Below are positions 1 through 13,028 of a DNA stretch of 64,000 nt, piece by piece (position 1 is the first letter of the stretch; every line of letters begins with the position of its first letter). The stretch comes from Oopsacas minuta (Eukaryota > Animalia > Porifera), in assembly GCA_024704765.1 (NCBI GenBank), contig JAKMXF010000320.1, forward strand, positions 186,001 to 250,000. Reading direction: 5' to 3'. Under the pieces are notes generated by a model, which was not told where the DNA came from, searched no databases, and saw only the letters and a program-made list of their open reading frames with translations. Made by a program: the position numbers and the translations under genes.

Positions 1-1122
1 ACGTGTATTGCGTCGACAGTTTTTATACCATACAAGATCACTCATTTTATACTTGGGACATTGGTGTTTGGAATCGTATTGTTGTTTTTGTGCTTGCTGA
101 GAGTTAGTAAGGTTACATTTAGCAGTAATCCTGAACAATTTTAGGATTCCTAGCCGCGAGATTCTAGATTCCAAGACATCTTAGTTATTTTGTTCCATAT
201 CTGTGTTAACTTTACATGATTCTAGCTCGATTGGTATAGTAGTCGCATTTGTATTCCATAAACTAAAAATACGGCGAGAATTTTGTAGATGCTTGTCGAT
301 TAGACCTGTAGAACATTAATATCCAAGAGATTAACTTATTCCAATTGTCCATATTGTCGTTCGCCAGCTTCCACAACTAGGTGATGAGAGTTTGATTAAA
401 TCTTTCAGTCAGTCCATTAGACTGCGGATGATATGCACTGCATATGTTATGCTTAATCTCAAGTTCTAAAAAGAGTAGATGGTTGAGTTCTTTTACGAAT
501 TCTCTTCCCTAATCAGAGATTATGTTTTCAGGGGCACCAAATCGAGCTATTACAAGATCCAAAATCGCAGCAAAAGCACAAGAGGCAGTCTTGTTAGGAA
601 TTGCCTTGGCCTCTGCTCATCGAGTAGGATATTCAGTAAAAACAATAATATAAGAATTTCCTTCCACTGTTGCTGTGAGAGGACCAATCAAATCCATTCC
701 CATTTGGAAAAATTTCTATTTGGTATATTCACAGGATGTAGTTCGGATGGGCCTTTCTTGAATTGATTTTGCTGTTGACCTTCTTCACAACTATCATTGT
801 ACATCCCTTTCCACTAGTACCTTTCAGATATCTTATTGAATGTAGAACAAATACCAAAGTAACAACAGCCCGCCTTAGAACAATGCAATGCTCGAAAAAT
901 TTGTCCTTTGTCTATCTCCTTTGGGACTTCTCTGATACTATCAGGTCGTGACTTCGTCAGAATATGGTAGAGAAGGCCATTTTCAACTTGAAACGATTGA
1001 CATTTATTTCTAAAATCTCTCTTATTATCCTTTAATAATTTCTTGTCCAGGCTTTCAAAAGATTTTGTGTAGAATCCCCTTTCCACATAATTGTAAATAT
1101 CTTCATAAGTTGGAAGTTGCAT
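1..1122 (-). pseudogene. Decayed Ginger/GIN-type (Gypsy-like) integrase, truncated at the window edge
   Basis: Manual translation through stops and frameshifts gives an H2C2-type zinc region (ALHCSKAGCCYFG...ERY*WKGMY), then MGMDLIGP, IISD*GREF, AYHPQSNGLTERFN (D-D-E core) and DLVWYKN. No RT or RNase H upstream of the ATG at 1122. Confidence 0.85.
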
Positions 1123-1518
1123 ACATCAAAGTGAAATTTGTTCATCAAATGTATAATATATATATTTACGATATTTCCTAGTTATATTGCAATTTACTTG
1201 TTTGACTTCTGTCGGAAGCTAATATGGGTTCAATTGTTTTAAATTGCTTTGTTGAATTCTAGGAGATTTACTACACTTCATAATTTTCCGGGGGGAGGGA
1301 AATATATGTGTAGGGAAATTTCTATGTGACACCGGCGCCACCAGATTTGTGAACCTAACCTTCCGGGGAAAGCGGTCCGGTTGAATAGGCTACTCTAATA
1401 CAAACCGGACCAGTGTCGCTACCCTGCATTGAATTCTTACCGGATATAAATCATTATATATATACAGTTTCCGGCGATTTTCATATAATTGATATCTACT
1501 TTATTTAATTAGCCTTTA

Positions 1519-1616
1519 TAGTAGAACTTGCATATAACGTACTCGGCTTATATCGTACACTGGGTTAGTACGTACTAATTTTCCCTGAGGCGGTATGTTA
1601 TATCCGAGTTCTACTG
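1519..1616. mobile_element. pogo/Tigger-like MITE (about 98 bp)
   Basis: Imperfect TIRs (T/C)AGTAGAACT(TG/CG)(C/G)ATATAAC at both ends, each flanked by TA. Confidence 0.6.
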
Positions 1617-2275
1617 TATTTTCAAACTCCAATATCAATCATGAAACTCTTGAGATTCAGATAATATAGACACATTACGAAATGCAATTGTTCTAGTTTT
1701 GAACTTTCTAAGAGCAACTTTCCGAAAATTTATTACAGCAAAGCTTGCCTATGAACAATTTCAGGTTGTTTGTAAGATCAAACTATCTCAATTATTCAAT
1801 AGACTTCCTAATGGCTTCCAATGGCATGTAATATTTTTGGTCCATATTCCTATCGATGATATTTCCTAGAATTTTATCGATGTTAATCTAAAGCGAGATA
1901 TGTCAAAGTTGGTGAACTGCAGTGTTTAGTGTATCACACTAATAAGAGCATGAACAATGCCATAATATGGGTGGTTAATACCATTTTACTGTTTAGTGAC
2001 CGAATTATTAAATAATTATAACTATAGAATGGAAATATAAGTATTTAACGAGTTAGTTATCGTGTGCAAATAGCGACAATTCTTCTCATCAGAAAAAGTA
2101 GGCCCCCTTAGTGGTAGACCCTTGGCAAGTGTCATGTTTGCCTATTGATAAAGATGGAACTGTTTTATGATATAATTCAAAAGATTTAGAGGAATCAAAG
2201 ATTCAATTCCAAAATTACCAATATGGATGGCTTTAAGACGAATTAGCTCTTCTCCCAACTCGTTTTGCGAAAATA

Positions 2276-2800
2276 TCATCGGGATAGCACATACTTAATG
2301 GCTCCATTTACATCGGTAGTTGTTTTCGGAGTGAGATTCAGAGGTAGTAACTGTTGTAGTGCCACTTTTAGACCAGATAGATGTGCTGCGAATGGCCGCA
2401 CACTATCGACACGATCTATCCATCTTGTTCTGGACAAGCCATGTAGAGAGCATGCTATGTAAAGTTGTAATATGTGCCATCGTTGAGGACTACTATAGAA
2501 AAGATTGTAGATTGTTTGAATTATGCCAAAGTAGGTGACAGCCTCGGTGCAGCTTTCAGCAGAATCCGCTCCAAGCAGGTTTAATGATGGCAGGCACAAG
2601 GAGAGTATAAACATAAGGGATTTAGTGTATTTATATGCTTTTGAGCCCCATTGAATTGCCAGACATATTTACTGCATTATCGTAGCCTTGCCTGTGACAA
2701 TCAGCGATGGGTATTCCATATCCTTAAGGTTTCAAGGATTAAGTTGGCAATCTCGAACCGCTCTTTATGCCATCAACCAACAAAACCAGAAAGCGTTTTT
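2276..2800 (-). pseudogene. hAT (ZMYM1/DUF4371-like) transposase fragment
   Basis: Frameshifted motifs GQGYDNAVNMSG, LYSPCACH-LNLLG and LHGLSRTRWIDRVDSV, typical of hAT transposases. Boundaries approximate. Confidence 0.75.
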
Positions 2801-3433
2801 GCCAGGCTTGCCGTGGATGAGAAAAATCCCATCCATATCTATGTCATTTTGCGTGGCTATATCAAAAACCTAGAACATCTTGTCTATAACGGCCATTCAA
2901 GACTAGTAGTGACTATTATGTACAGGTAACCACTATGTAGATGTAGATTACCAATGAAAATCTATTCATATACTAAACGTATACTTACAATATGGAAGTT
3001 CAAGGAGTAAACTCCCATATATTATTTTTTCTAAAGTGAAAATATCACAAATTTTTGGTGATTAATAATATTTTCACACCTTTTTATGTAAAATACAAAA
3101 GCAAGCTAGAGATAGGTTTCAACATGTTGTCAAAGGTCCGAGTTCCAGAATTTCAGAGTCTGAAAGTTACAAATTCACAGATTTATCACATGAATAATCA
3201 TATTCTTTTTGCATATTATTCAAATTATGCTAGAGATTCATTCTAACTGTTAGTAAGGAGTAATCAAGTATGTAGATTTCAAATTTCACACTTTCAAATC
3301 TATATCTAAATGATTAATCATATTTCATACCTTTTTCGCACGACTGCGCGGACGTATGTATGTCGCACATCGTGGATGCCAATTGGGCATCTCCTTATAG
3401 TAATAGGGTCTGTACAAAGTATCGAGGTTTAAT

Positions 3434-3584
3434 CATGGGCGTAGCGGATAACGAGTATTTGGGGAACACAGATGTGTTTTTTAATCTTTACATGCAGTTT
3501 TACAAATCTTAGGTAGCCTTACCCAAAATTTGGGCGACTATTGATAATTTTGGGGGGCCAGGTCCCCCCTGGACTCCGCCCATG
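3434..3584. mobile_element. hAT MITE, 151 bp
   Basis: TIR CATGGGCG(T/G)AG; perfect 8-bp TSD GGTTTAAT at 3426-3433 and 3585-3592. Confidence 0.85.
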
Positions 3585-3789
3585 GGTTTAATGCTAACTA
3601 GAGAATAGATAAACAATTGATGACTTGTGTAGTGTGAAATAATAATCAAATCATTTTACATAATTGGAAGTAAAGAAATTTGCCTACTAAACAAAATAAT
3701 GGATTTGTTTTAGGAACGACAATAATTTAATGAAATTAGAAACACAATTGCTACAAGTATTACTATAGCTGAACATCGAGTGACTGTTA

Positions 3790-6700
3790 TTAACATATAC
3801 TTCCCTTTATTTTAGTTTCATCTCCTAAATTGTCCAAGTATTCAAAGAGATATCGGCACAGGTTCACAGAAATACCGGATTCCTTCAGTTGTTTAATGGG
3901 AGCATTAGGTACATTATGCGAGTCAAGTAATGCAATAGTAATGCGAGATCGTTTGGCCAGGGAATTCGTTGTTTTACCCTTTCCTGCCAAAATGATTCGT
4001 TTACAAACATCACTTTTACAATCTTTAAACCTACAACCTTGACAACCAAGATAAACAACCCAGTTTTCAAACGCACCAGGTCGCGTGGGTCTCCTCAAAG
4101 GCATTGACTGTCTATTCGACAGAGATTTCTCTTCAAGCTTCTTCCTCCACGAATATGCAACTTGAGCTCTCTTCTCGGAACTAACAGAAGCAGTACCAGT
4201 AGGTGGATAGGTTGATGGATTTCCCCATTCGAACGGCTCCTCGCACACAAACTGAGATTCTCTCTCACATCTGTAAATGTATTCAGGTTTAAGAACGTAG
4301 ACACCAGCTACCATTGCACAGAATATCTTCTCGCAACTTATAATCTCTCCACTAATCATGTGAGTACATTTGTTATCGTAAATTGCTACATTCAAATACT
4401 TCCCTCCAAGTGAAGTGATAACGGAAATTAACTTCGATTTCAATCCCATGTTAACATTTGAGGACATAAAATAATAATTGGATTGAGAAGAGGTTAAAGG
4501 TGAGTTGGTTGTAGGATGTAAATTCGTATACTTAGAAGAAGAACTGGTTCGCAGCCTAGAACTAGTCCTGTTGCTGGATATTCTCTCTGAGCTGGATGGC
4601 TCGGGAGTAGAGGAGCGAGATGTTAATTCCGGGGTTGAGTCTCTATCAAACTGCTGAGGAGCAGAAAAGTCTTCAGATGGTAGTGGATCCCAACCTACTC
4701 TTTCACGAGTTTCCCGAAGTTGAGGATAATTATTAATAAGATATTCTTTCCTATGATATAAACTAGAGAACCGACGTGACTCTCTTGGAGTTTTGAACTC
4801 ATACTCCTTAGTATTACGATGTGACTTCAGTATATCATTGTTGTTTGTAAGAGTATCTGAAGGATAGAAATTAGACTCTTTCACTTCTCTGTAAATAATA
4901 TCAAAATTGTCATAAACTTCTTGAGTAGAAAGATTATCTTTGAATCTAGAATTATTCTCTTTTTCACCGTGTCCTTGTACATTAACCTCGGCTTCATGTG
5001 TATCAACGGGTGCAATGTTGAAAAGATTGCAACTGTAAGGTTCTGAAACTACAGATATGTTCGGAGATCTCATCCTCTTTTTCCTACCACGAGCAGGCGT
5101 GACAAGCTGATCTGCTTCTTGGTTGGGTAGAAGATTTGGAGTTGTACCTCCAAAGCTGATCGATAGATTACTCTTATTGTCAGCTAGCTCTTCATCGGGA
5201 TCTGAGATTGCCGGATAAGATTTAAGAATATCCAGAGAATGTGATACGTCCATTGGCTCTAAAGAGCCAGCTATATCAGGCTCAGCACATTTCTCCACTT
5301 TAAAGTAGCCAATACTGTTGTTGGGATCAAAAGAAGGAGGATAGTTAATAACGTTAAGCCGGAAAGATGACTTCTTATTATCAATGAGCCATTGAGGATG
5401 TACGACAGCAGCATTCTCCTTCTTGGCTAGCTGTGCTTCTTTAGACCAGTTTGATTTGGCTATGCATATATAATGTGTTACTTGAGAGGAGTAGGTTTTA
5501 TAGTATTCCCCACCTAACTCATGGATAATGTTTTTCATCTGAGTGACTTCTTGAGGCGTGAATCCAATCGCTAAAGATATCTTGGTACCCTCTAATATGT
5601 CAGAAATAACATTTCTGCGAGGAGTATTTCCAATATCTCTTATGAAGATAGATTCCATATTGTGTGAGTACAATTCCGCAAGTTGAGTGTTATCTCCTTT
5701 GGACTTGTGTTGGATTATCTGAGGGGTGGTGCCATGAGGGAAGAGTTGTGTCGGATCATCTAGATCCAGTTCGAAAGCAGGATCACATTCAAATATCTTT
5801 GATCTCTCAGAAAGGAAGGATCTCGGAGGAGAAGCAGATATCTGAGAGGAGGGGGATGCGTAGAATCCTTCGAAGGAGAGCTTGGTCTTGTTAAGCGCGC
5901 ACTGAAACACCCAATCCAGTTTAACTATAGGAATGTTCCAGGAAATTGCTTGTCTAATAAACATGTGATTTAGTCTTTCAGTTATGACAACCTCAGTCCT
6001 ACCCGGGATATTTTTCCTTAGCTCATCCGTATTAATTGCTCCCATATAGTTTAGGAATTCCTTGACACTTACTGATTTAACATACCTGTCTGGCTCCACA
6101 ATCACTAATACAATGGTATCTGATAGGACATTCGCACAACCGTACTCACTCGCAGGTGTAAATAGAGGGTCTTCACCAAGTTTCATAAGCCTCTTAGCGA
6201 ATATACTACATTCTAACCAGTATAACGTGACCAGATGAGTTGTGTTGTCGCCATACTTGGTGAGGTCTACTGGGACTATTGTATAGTGAGGTATTTCTGT
6301 GCTATCCTCAGTGATCAGGTTACCTCCATTCTTCTTGATAGTATGCTTGATTGACTCAAGCATTGAAGGATTAGGATAGATTAGTTTGAAGTTTGAATTT
6401 GCTAAAATCTTGTCTTCCTACATAAATAGAATGATCTAAAATTAAAACCATATACATTAATATGTACTTACATTACATTCTCTGGTATACTGAGAGATCA
6501 CATTGTTATCAACAGGAGATGCTCTTTTACGTCTCCTACTAGAGGAAACCTTAGGTTTGCTACTTTCTGACTGATCATTGTCTGTAATAGTAACAAGGAA
6601 GTCATTTTCCGGCAGAGCGGACTTCTGCTTCCAACATTCCACTAACCAATCATACTTGAGTATGTAGGGGGGTGCGGAAGAGAAGTTCCTGATCTGGGTT

Positions 6701-7860
6701 CTCTGCTCGCTGTTGGGAGATCCAATTAATACGTGAGTAACATTAGCAGATAGTTTATTGAGACGAGTAGCTCTGCACAAGTTCAGAATCTTCTTTATAC
6801 GATTTGATTGAGAGTCATTAAACCCACACAAATAAATCATAAATCCGTCAAGAAATTCCTCACTAGTCTGCACCTCCAGATCCAATTGATTCAGCTTCTC
6901 AGTGATAACATCAGATTGAGTGTCTGTCTTGATGCGATTAGGAATGACCTTAGGCTTAGGTTCCAAATCGTAATCTTCCTCTGGAAGCCTACATGACTTC
7001 CTAACACAGTCTAAGACCCAGTCTTTCTTCACTTTCTTTATGCTGAGTTTAATTGCATACTTGTATCTCTCGCAGCTAGTATTCTTTGCTACTAGATGAG
7101 TGGTCTGAGAGTCTCCATTCAAGATTATTTCTTTAGTATAGTTAGCTCTATTTGACTTCAACAAATGCACAATTTCATCACGCTCCGTCCCTGAGAAACC
7201 GGACACCACCACGTTGCACTTCATGAATACAGGGCAGTGATGGCGGATTGTGTATTCGCGATTTAGCGCAACGAAGTTAGGATTTGAACTGCTCTGATTC
7301 CATGCATCGTCTAGCCATGTTCGTAATACCACCGGTATATCATTTTCGACTGCTCTAGAGTACTTTTTAGAATGCACTTCATCTGTTATCAAGTGTGATG
7401 CATTGTTTAGTAGCATTCTATTGTATGTTCCGCCCATCAACTTCACTTGCTGTTCAATCAAAGTAGTCTGCTCAATAGAGAAGCAGGAGCTTGACACTCG
7501 ACATTTCCGCAAGGCCATGTTTGCAAGACTACGACATGAAGAGATTGGAATTTTTACATTGTTATTCAGACTGGTGAGGAGACAAATAGGTTTAATTATT
7601 CGAAAATCTAGTTTTATTTCTTCGTAGAAAGTTGTATTGAATTGTTCCATTACAAATACAGTTGGAAAGTTAGCATCTTGACTGGGGAGGGATTCTTGGG
7701 CTTGATACCAGCTTACGGATACTTCTAAGGAATTTAGTCGCTCGTACGAGTCCTTCATTCTTTCTGCTGCCTCTGGTTCAGCACCATCATCCCAAACGAA
7801 AACAAAGATGTGTCGTTTCAGGTCTGCTACAACCTGGCCCTTAGTCATTTCTGCACACAT
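3790..7860 (-). CDS. TOPBP1: DNA topoisomerase II-binding protein 1 (multi-BRCT scaffold); exons 7860-6472 and 6417-3790, about 1338 aa
   Basis: The two ORFs join in frame through a 54-bp phase-0 GTAAGT...TATGTAG intron (6471-6418). Serial BRCT repeats (LMGGTY...WLDDAW, ELGGEYY...HPQWL, SLGGKYL...KPEYI), C-terminal GAFENW BRCT8, and a Trp-Asp (VGWDP) in the Ser-rich linker at the position expected for the ATR-activation domain. Confidence 0.93.
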
Positions 7861-8500
7861 TACTCCGCTTAGATAACAAAATACAGATATTACGCGATTT
7901 TATTTAACCTATTATAGAAAATGGTTGTCCGGTGGCTCGAACATCAGAGGAAATCAAAATACGTTTGAAGGGTCCGATTGCAATGAAAAGTATTACATAC
8001 ATTTCGATATACATTTTGGGGTCTAGATTCCCAAATTTTCAATTATGTACGTATGCCTAAAATGATCCAAAAATATTCGGAAAATGATTGCAATCTTCCA
8101 TTCGATCACTGTTTATAAAACGATCGGTGGTCATGGCCCGATTGTCAAAAATGTGTTCCGGCGCCCCTGAAACACGAAATTATTAAAAACAGCGCCTGAA
8201 TTATAACGAATTGAAATCTAATTACAATTGCGTTACAGTGGAACCTGTTTAAACCGACAATCTTTGGGATAGAAAATATTGTCGGATTATGCAGGTGAAT
8301 TTGTATTGTCAGAAGCTATTTGAGATCCCAAACACTGACGGATTACACATGTGTCAGTTTATACAAGTTCCACTGTCTAAGAGTAAGGAAAGAAAACCAG
8401 AAAGTATAATCTCCTCGTAAATATATAATAGCTGAAATATAGCAGAACAAAATAAAATTTCGAAAATAAGCGATAAAGCTGAAAACCATGAAATAATGTT

Positions 8501-9781
8501 TCACTCTTTGTCCAGCACTTCTGCTAGTACTGCCTGTACCCATCTAAATAACACAACACAACCAGTACTGACTTCAATGACAGATTCAAAGCTTAGTCTC
8601 TGAGTGAGTAGCTTAGCTTTCCTAGCAGTAGCCTTCTCTAAACAGTTAATCTGATACTCTGATATTCTTCTCTTAACACTCTCTTTACCAGCCCCTCCCA
8701 TCTGTGCTTGACAATGCCCCCAGGTCTGTAACTCCCTCTCAGGAACACCTAGCAACAACAGAAGAGCTTTTACCACAGAATAAACTATAGTAGGAGGACT
8801 GGAGTAACTCCGGATCTCTGCATAGCAAGATGAACTCATTTCCAAAACTTTTTCTTTCAATATTTCCAACTCGTCCAACCTCTTTAGCAGCGCTTCAGCT
8901 TCTGCACTCAATACTCTAAGCTTTGATGCTAGACCAACAGATGATAATCTCTCCAACACAATTCTAATCTTATTTCTATCTCTACATGTCATTACACTTC
9001 TCAGATCTTGTGCCAGACGGATAGACAGAAGCAGCTGCTCAGCTGATCGAGTCAGTTTATTGTTGATGCAGAGTTGTCTCAGTCTCTGGAGACAATACTC
9101 CACTAGTTCTGCGTTGCGAGAAGCCATAGCATCCCGAAGATCTTCTAGCAAGCAATCAGCACTCGTAGCATCCAGCTGCGGAGAAAAAGGATCGAACCTT
9201 TGAGAGTAACAATTCTGATCCTCTCTATCTAAGAGAATCTCTCTGATCATCTCTAATTCAGGAGACAGGGAGTAAATACTCTCCTCTATTTCAGACCAGA
9301 ACACGCGGGAATTCTCCAGTCTAGAAGTTAGAAAGTTCTGGAAGACAATTTCACCGAACTCTTCACCGTGTTTCACTTGGAAAATGAATCTAGCATTGTG
9401 CTGGCTAACCGAGTCCACATGGTATCCTGCTAGTTGTCTGAACTTCCATTGTAAGTCTTCTACCTCTTTTCCTACCCTATCCAGAACCTTTAACAAAGAG
9501 GAGAACTCAGTGTAAGAACAACTCTCTTCTTCTTTACAGTTCTCCCTGAATTTCTGTCTGATTAAAAATGTACTCATGTCTAGACGTCTGACATCTCTGA
9601 GGAGACGTTGACAGTTCTTAACCGAAAGCAGTCCTGCCTCAGAACGGGAGGAGAATGTCAAACCAAATTCGTTATTCAGTCCACTGGACAGGAACCAAAG
9701 GTCCTCACTAAACGCTATTTTAGTTAGACGAGCAATGTAATCATAGCTCAGCTCTGTAGCCTTTCTGCGTTGCGTTTGCAT
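8501..9781 (-). CDS. Uncharacterised 426-aa protein with a C-terminal dynein stalk/microtubule-binding-domain-like module
   Basis: Uninterrupted ORF. The C-terminus EIRSYSSPPTIVYSVVKALLLLLG...TW...SFESVIEVSTGCVVLFRWVQAV follows the dynein heavy chain MTBD pattern by eye. No AAA motifs. Confidence 0.7.
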   Translation of the reverse strand: MQTQRRKATELSYDYIARLTKIAFSEDLWFLSSGLNNEFGLTFSSRSEAGLLSVKNCQRLLRDVRRLDMSTFLIRQKFRENCKEEESCSYTEFSSLLKVLDRVGKEVEDLQWKFRQLAGYHVDSVSQHNARFIFQVKHGEEFGEIVFQNFLTSRLENSRVFWSEIEESIYSLSPELEMIREILLDREDQNCYSQRFDPFSPQLDATSADCLLEDLRDAMASRNAELVEYCLQRLRQLCINNKLTRSAEQLLLSIRLAQDLRSVMTCRDRNKIRIVLERLSSVGLASKLRVLSAEAEALLKRLDELEILKEKVLEMSSSCYAEIRSYSSPPTIVYSVVKALLLLLGVPERELQTWGHCQAQMGGAGKESVKRRISEYQINCLEKATARKAKLLTQRLSFESVIEVSTGCVVLFRWVQAVLAEVLDKE

Positions 9782-9822
9782 TTTACCCTAAATAAAGTGT
9801 AGTTAGTTTAAATACACGTAAG

Positions 9823-9979
9823 CAGGGGTTTATTTAGGTGCTTGGTAGGCACCTAAAAGTGCCAGTTCAGCATCTATGAAGGCCACAAAGTGCCGACCGT
9901 AAGGCTCAAATTTGTACAGGATAAATATGTTACCGTCCTAAAAAGTGCTATCCCAGGAATTCCTGGTTACCACCCCCTG
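9823..9979. mobile_element. hAT MITE, 157 bp, in the proximal upstream region of the 426-aa gene
   Basis: Ends CAGGGG...CCCCTG; perfect 8-bp TSD CACGTAAG at 9815-9822 and 9980-9987. Confidence 0.85.
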
Positions 9980-10284
9980 CACGTAAGCCATCCTTGAATA
10001 AAGGGTCATATTAAGCTATGATCAAATCTAGAACACACCCGGCTTAGATAATCCTCTAGCACCCAGATTGTATGGATACCAAAATTTCTCTGCCATCTTG
10101 ACAATGACGAGTAAAAGAAGAGATGCAGTAGCCTCTACTAGAGTAACTGGACCGACTACAAACGGTCTGAACCGGACCGGGAAACACAGTAATGAATATT
10201 GGGATAAGATGAGATCGTTTGATAAAATGCTTGCCGTGGGAACAAAATTTTGATTCCCATTCCCACTCTGGTACATAGATAAAG

Positions 10285-12495
10285 CAGTGGCGGACACTAG
10301 GGGGGGCGGTCGCCCCCCAATAATTTCGAAAGAATAAAGTTTAAAGAAATTTGAGTAAAAAAGTGGAAAACAAGGAATTTTTTACTTTAAAAGTGGGAGG
10401 AGTTAGTACAAATTGTAATAGAAATAACAACACCAAAATAGCATAGTTATATAGCGAAATTGAGAAAAGACGCTACTTATCCTCAAGTGTTCAAAACCCT
10501 TAATAAAGAAAAAAGCTTTAAGTGTGTAAATGATATATTTATTAAATGTATTTAGTTAATTGGTGCAACTCTGACTTTTTGATTCACCCAAACGATCAAG
10601 CACTTTGTCCAAATTTAGTCTTTTTAAAATGTCTTTGTTCATCGAAAGCAGCATAAAGTCACTGGCCAACGAAAAATCTAACCTGTTTCGAGCCCAGCTT
10701 AATATGTGATTCATCGCACTAAAACTCCTTTCCACCGTTGTGGTACCTACAGGCAAGGTCTTCGAGGTGGCGAGAACTTTGAAAAGGTTGGGGTACAACT
10801 CAGAATCAGTGTGCTTTCCAGCTGCAATCGAAATCTTCGCTCGTTCACACTCTGTCTTTAGTAATGCCGAGTCAATCTTCAGACAATCTCCGAATTTGCC
10901 AACAAGGATGAATATGATGTTATAATCCAGGTACGTTGCTTTGGACGCATCTAGATCTTCCAGTGCTGCCAGTATGCTGGTATTCTCCCTTGAGAAACGT
11001 CGTTCCAATTCCTCAAGAAGCATGGGAACAGAAGCTGCCTTAAGACTTTCACAAAACTCGCGTGGGCATGTAGATCTTGTGACACCCCGCCTCGAAACAT
11101 ACAGAGGATCCTCATAGTCCAATGCAATGTTTACAGTTGAACAAAGCTCTTCGGCATGTTCAATGATGTCGTTGGTTTTAAGCTCGAGAAGAAGCCTTTT
11201 TACAGCCGACATTTCGTTTGCAACGTTCACCCATTTGATGTCATACTCTTGCATAGTCTTACTTAATCCGTTCATTATGGCTAATACCTTGTGGAGAAAG
11301 CAAAGCGATATAACAAATTTTCCCGAGAGAATCTTGTGATAGAGACCCGCAGCCAAATCAGCCTGGTTTGAATTCGAAGAACCAATCTTCTGTAGACTTA
11401 CAAGAATTGCCTGAAGTCTTTTCACCATAGCGATAACTCCCTCAAAACTTACAAGCCCATCGGACTTCTGTAAGAGAGAGGAGGCTGCCATTATAGGCTG
11501 TTTGGGATAACACTCCTTTTGAACAGATTCAAATATTTCTCCGTGACTGGCGATGTTGAAAATGTCATGTAAGGACTTATAGACATTTATAACATTATTT
11601 GCTTCAGAAACTGTTCGAAAATAATCAGCTACAACCAAATTCAAACGGTGCGCGCAGCACAATGGATGTACAGCAACCAAGGGTAACGTAATCTTAGTTT
11701 AGCACCTACACCTTTGTAACACCCGCTCATAACAGATGCGCCATCTGCTCCAAGTGCCAATAGCGTGGCGGAAGAATACAGTTTTCAGTGGTTGGCAAAA
11801 ACTCCTTTCACAATAGCCTGGGCATTAGTTTCTTTTAGCCTGGTGAGATCATAAAATCGCTCTTCGATTTGTCCTTCATTTACAAATCTAAAACAGTTGG
11901 ACATCTCTTCATGCCCCACATTATCTTTGCATTCATCAATGAGCATTGAATACATCCCCGCGCTGTTTAATAGTTTCTCAATTTGATGACGAACCTCGGA
12001 AGCTAACGCTTTTATCAAATCGATTGAGGATCGCTTTGACGTGTAATTGTACGCATTATATTGTTGTAACATCCTACCGTGCATAGGACAGGAAATTTGG
12101 CTGCGTTGGCCCGTCAATCAAAGTTCCAAGGCCACTCACATCCACGTCTAGATCAATGAAATTGTAGGGGCCAATGAAGTAACTGGCGCAGAATGCGCAG
12201 ATGTAGATGGGATTAGGGTTTCAGTACTGGCTAGAGAGCAATCCTGATTATTCTCTTCGGCGTTTATTTCCACCCTTTTAGCAAAATATGACGTTATTGG
12301 TAAAAGGTTTGCGTTATTAGCTGTCCTTTTCATTATGATATACGATACATCTAAAAAATACAAAAGATACATGTAAACACAAAATCAGCCGTTGGCAATA
12401 AGAAGATTAATTGGGGGCACTGACTAAGAATACTGAAAGCGTGATGAGTCCCAACTAATTTCACCCCCGAATATTTCGTCAAGTGTCAGCCACTG
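10285..12495 (-). mobile_element. hAT DNA transposon, 2.2 kb, internally deleted and frameshifted transposase
   Basis: 14-bp TIR CAGTGGC(G/T)GACACT; TSD AGATAAAG/AGATAAAA (7/8). Transposase pieces LIDECKD, GADGASVMSG, YIHCA(A)HRLN and dimerisation motif VGTTTVERSFSAM; broken by a stop at 11785 and a 2-nt insertion near 11650. Confidence 0.9.
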
Positions 12496-12967
12496 AGATA
12501 AAAGAACTAGCTTGAAACAAATCTATGAGCGTTCTCTACTGGATACTTGAGTAAACAATGATATTACTCTAATTTTGTTCCTTTGTACTATTGCATAGAT
12601 ATGCCACTCGTATTAACTAGATAAATACACCTGGTGATACTAGGCAATTATCATTTAACAACAAGACATAAAAGCTCGATACAAGGTAAAACACTTATTT
12701 AGTATCAACTATCTACGTAGTGAGTAATAAGTTTTAAATTAGCAAAATAGGTGTTAATACCTAGTACTAGATTTTGACCCATATTATACTAGGTTTTGAT
12801 ACCACTCCCATGATAAAAGCTAATATTTTGGTATTTGGCCATATAGTCCAACTTTGAACGGTGTCACAACTCAAAAGGTTCAATTATGGAAATGATGTAC
12901 ATATGGGTAAATAGATTTTAAAATCTTCGGACCCAGGATCTTATATCCCAGCACCCTGTATTATAAT

Positions 12968-13028
12968 TAGGGATCGACGGGGTCCAGCCGACGGCACCTA
13001 CCAAAATTGTGCCCCCGGTCGATCCCTA
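12968..13028. mobile_element. 61-bp minimal hAT-like element
   Basis: Perfect 11-bp TIR TAGGGATCGAC; perfect palindromic 8-bp TSD ATTATAAT at 12960-12967 and 13029-13036. Confidence 0.8.

Noticed and set aside
1-1122. In-frame stops as evidence of an alternative genetic code or readthrough (also 29411, 11785, 61009)
   Set aside because: The stops are a mix of TAG, TGA and TAA at positions expected for Y, W and Q, they co-occur with frameshifts, and host genes are uninterrupted. This is ordinary decay.
10028-10297. 89-aa ORF with YNLGARGLS, faintly like BEL/Pao RNase H
   Set aside because: The similarity is too weak, and the start codon lies inside the hAT TIR.
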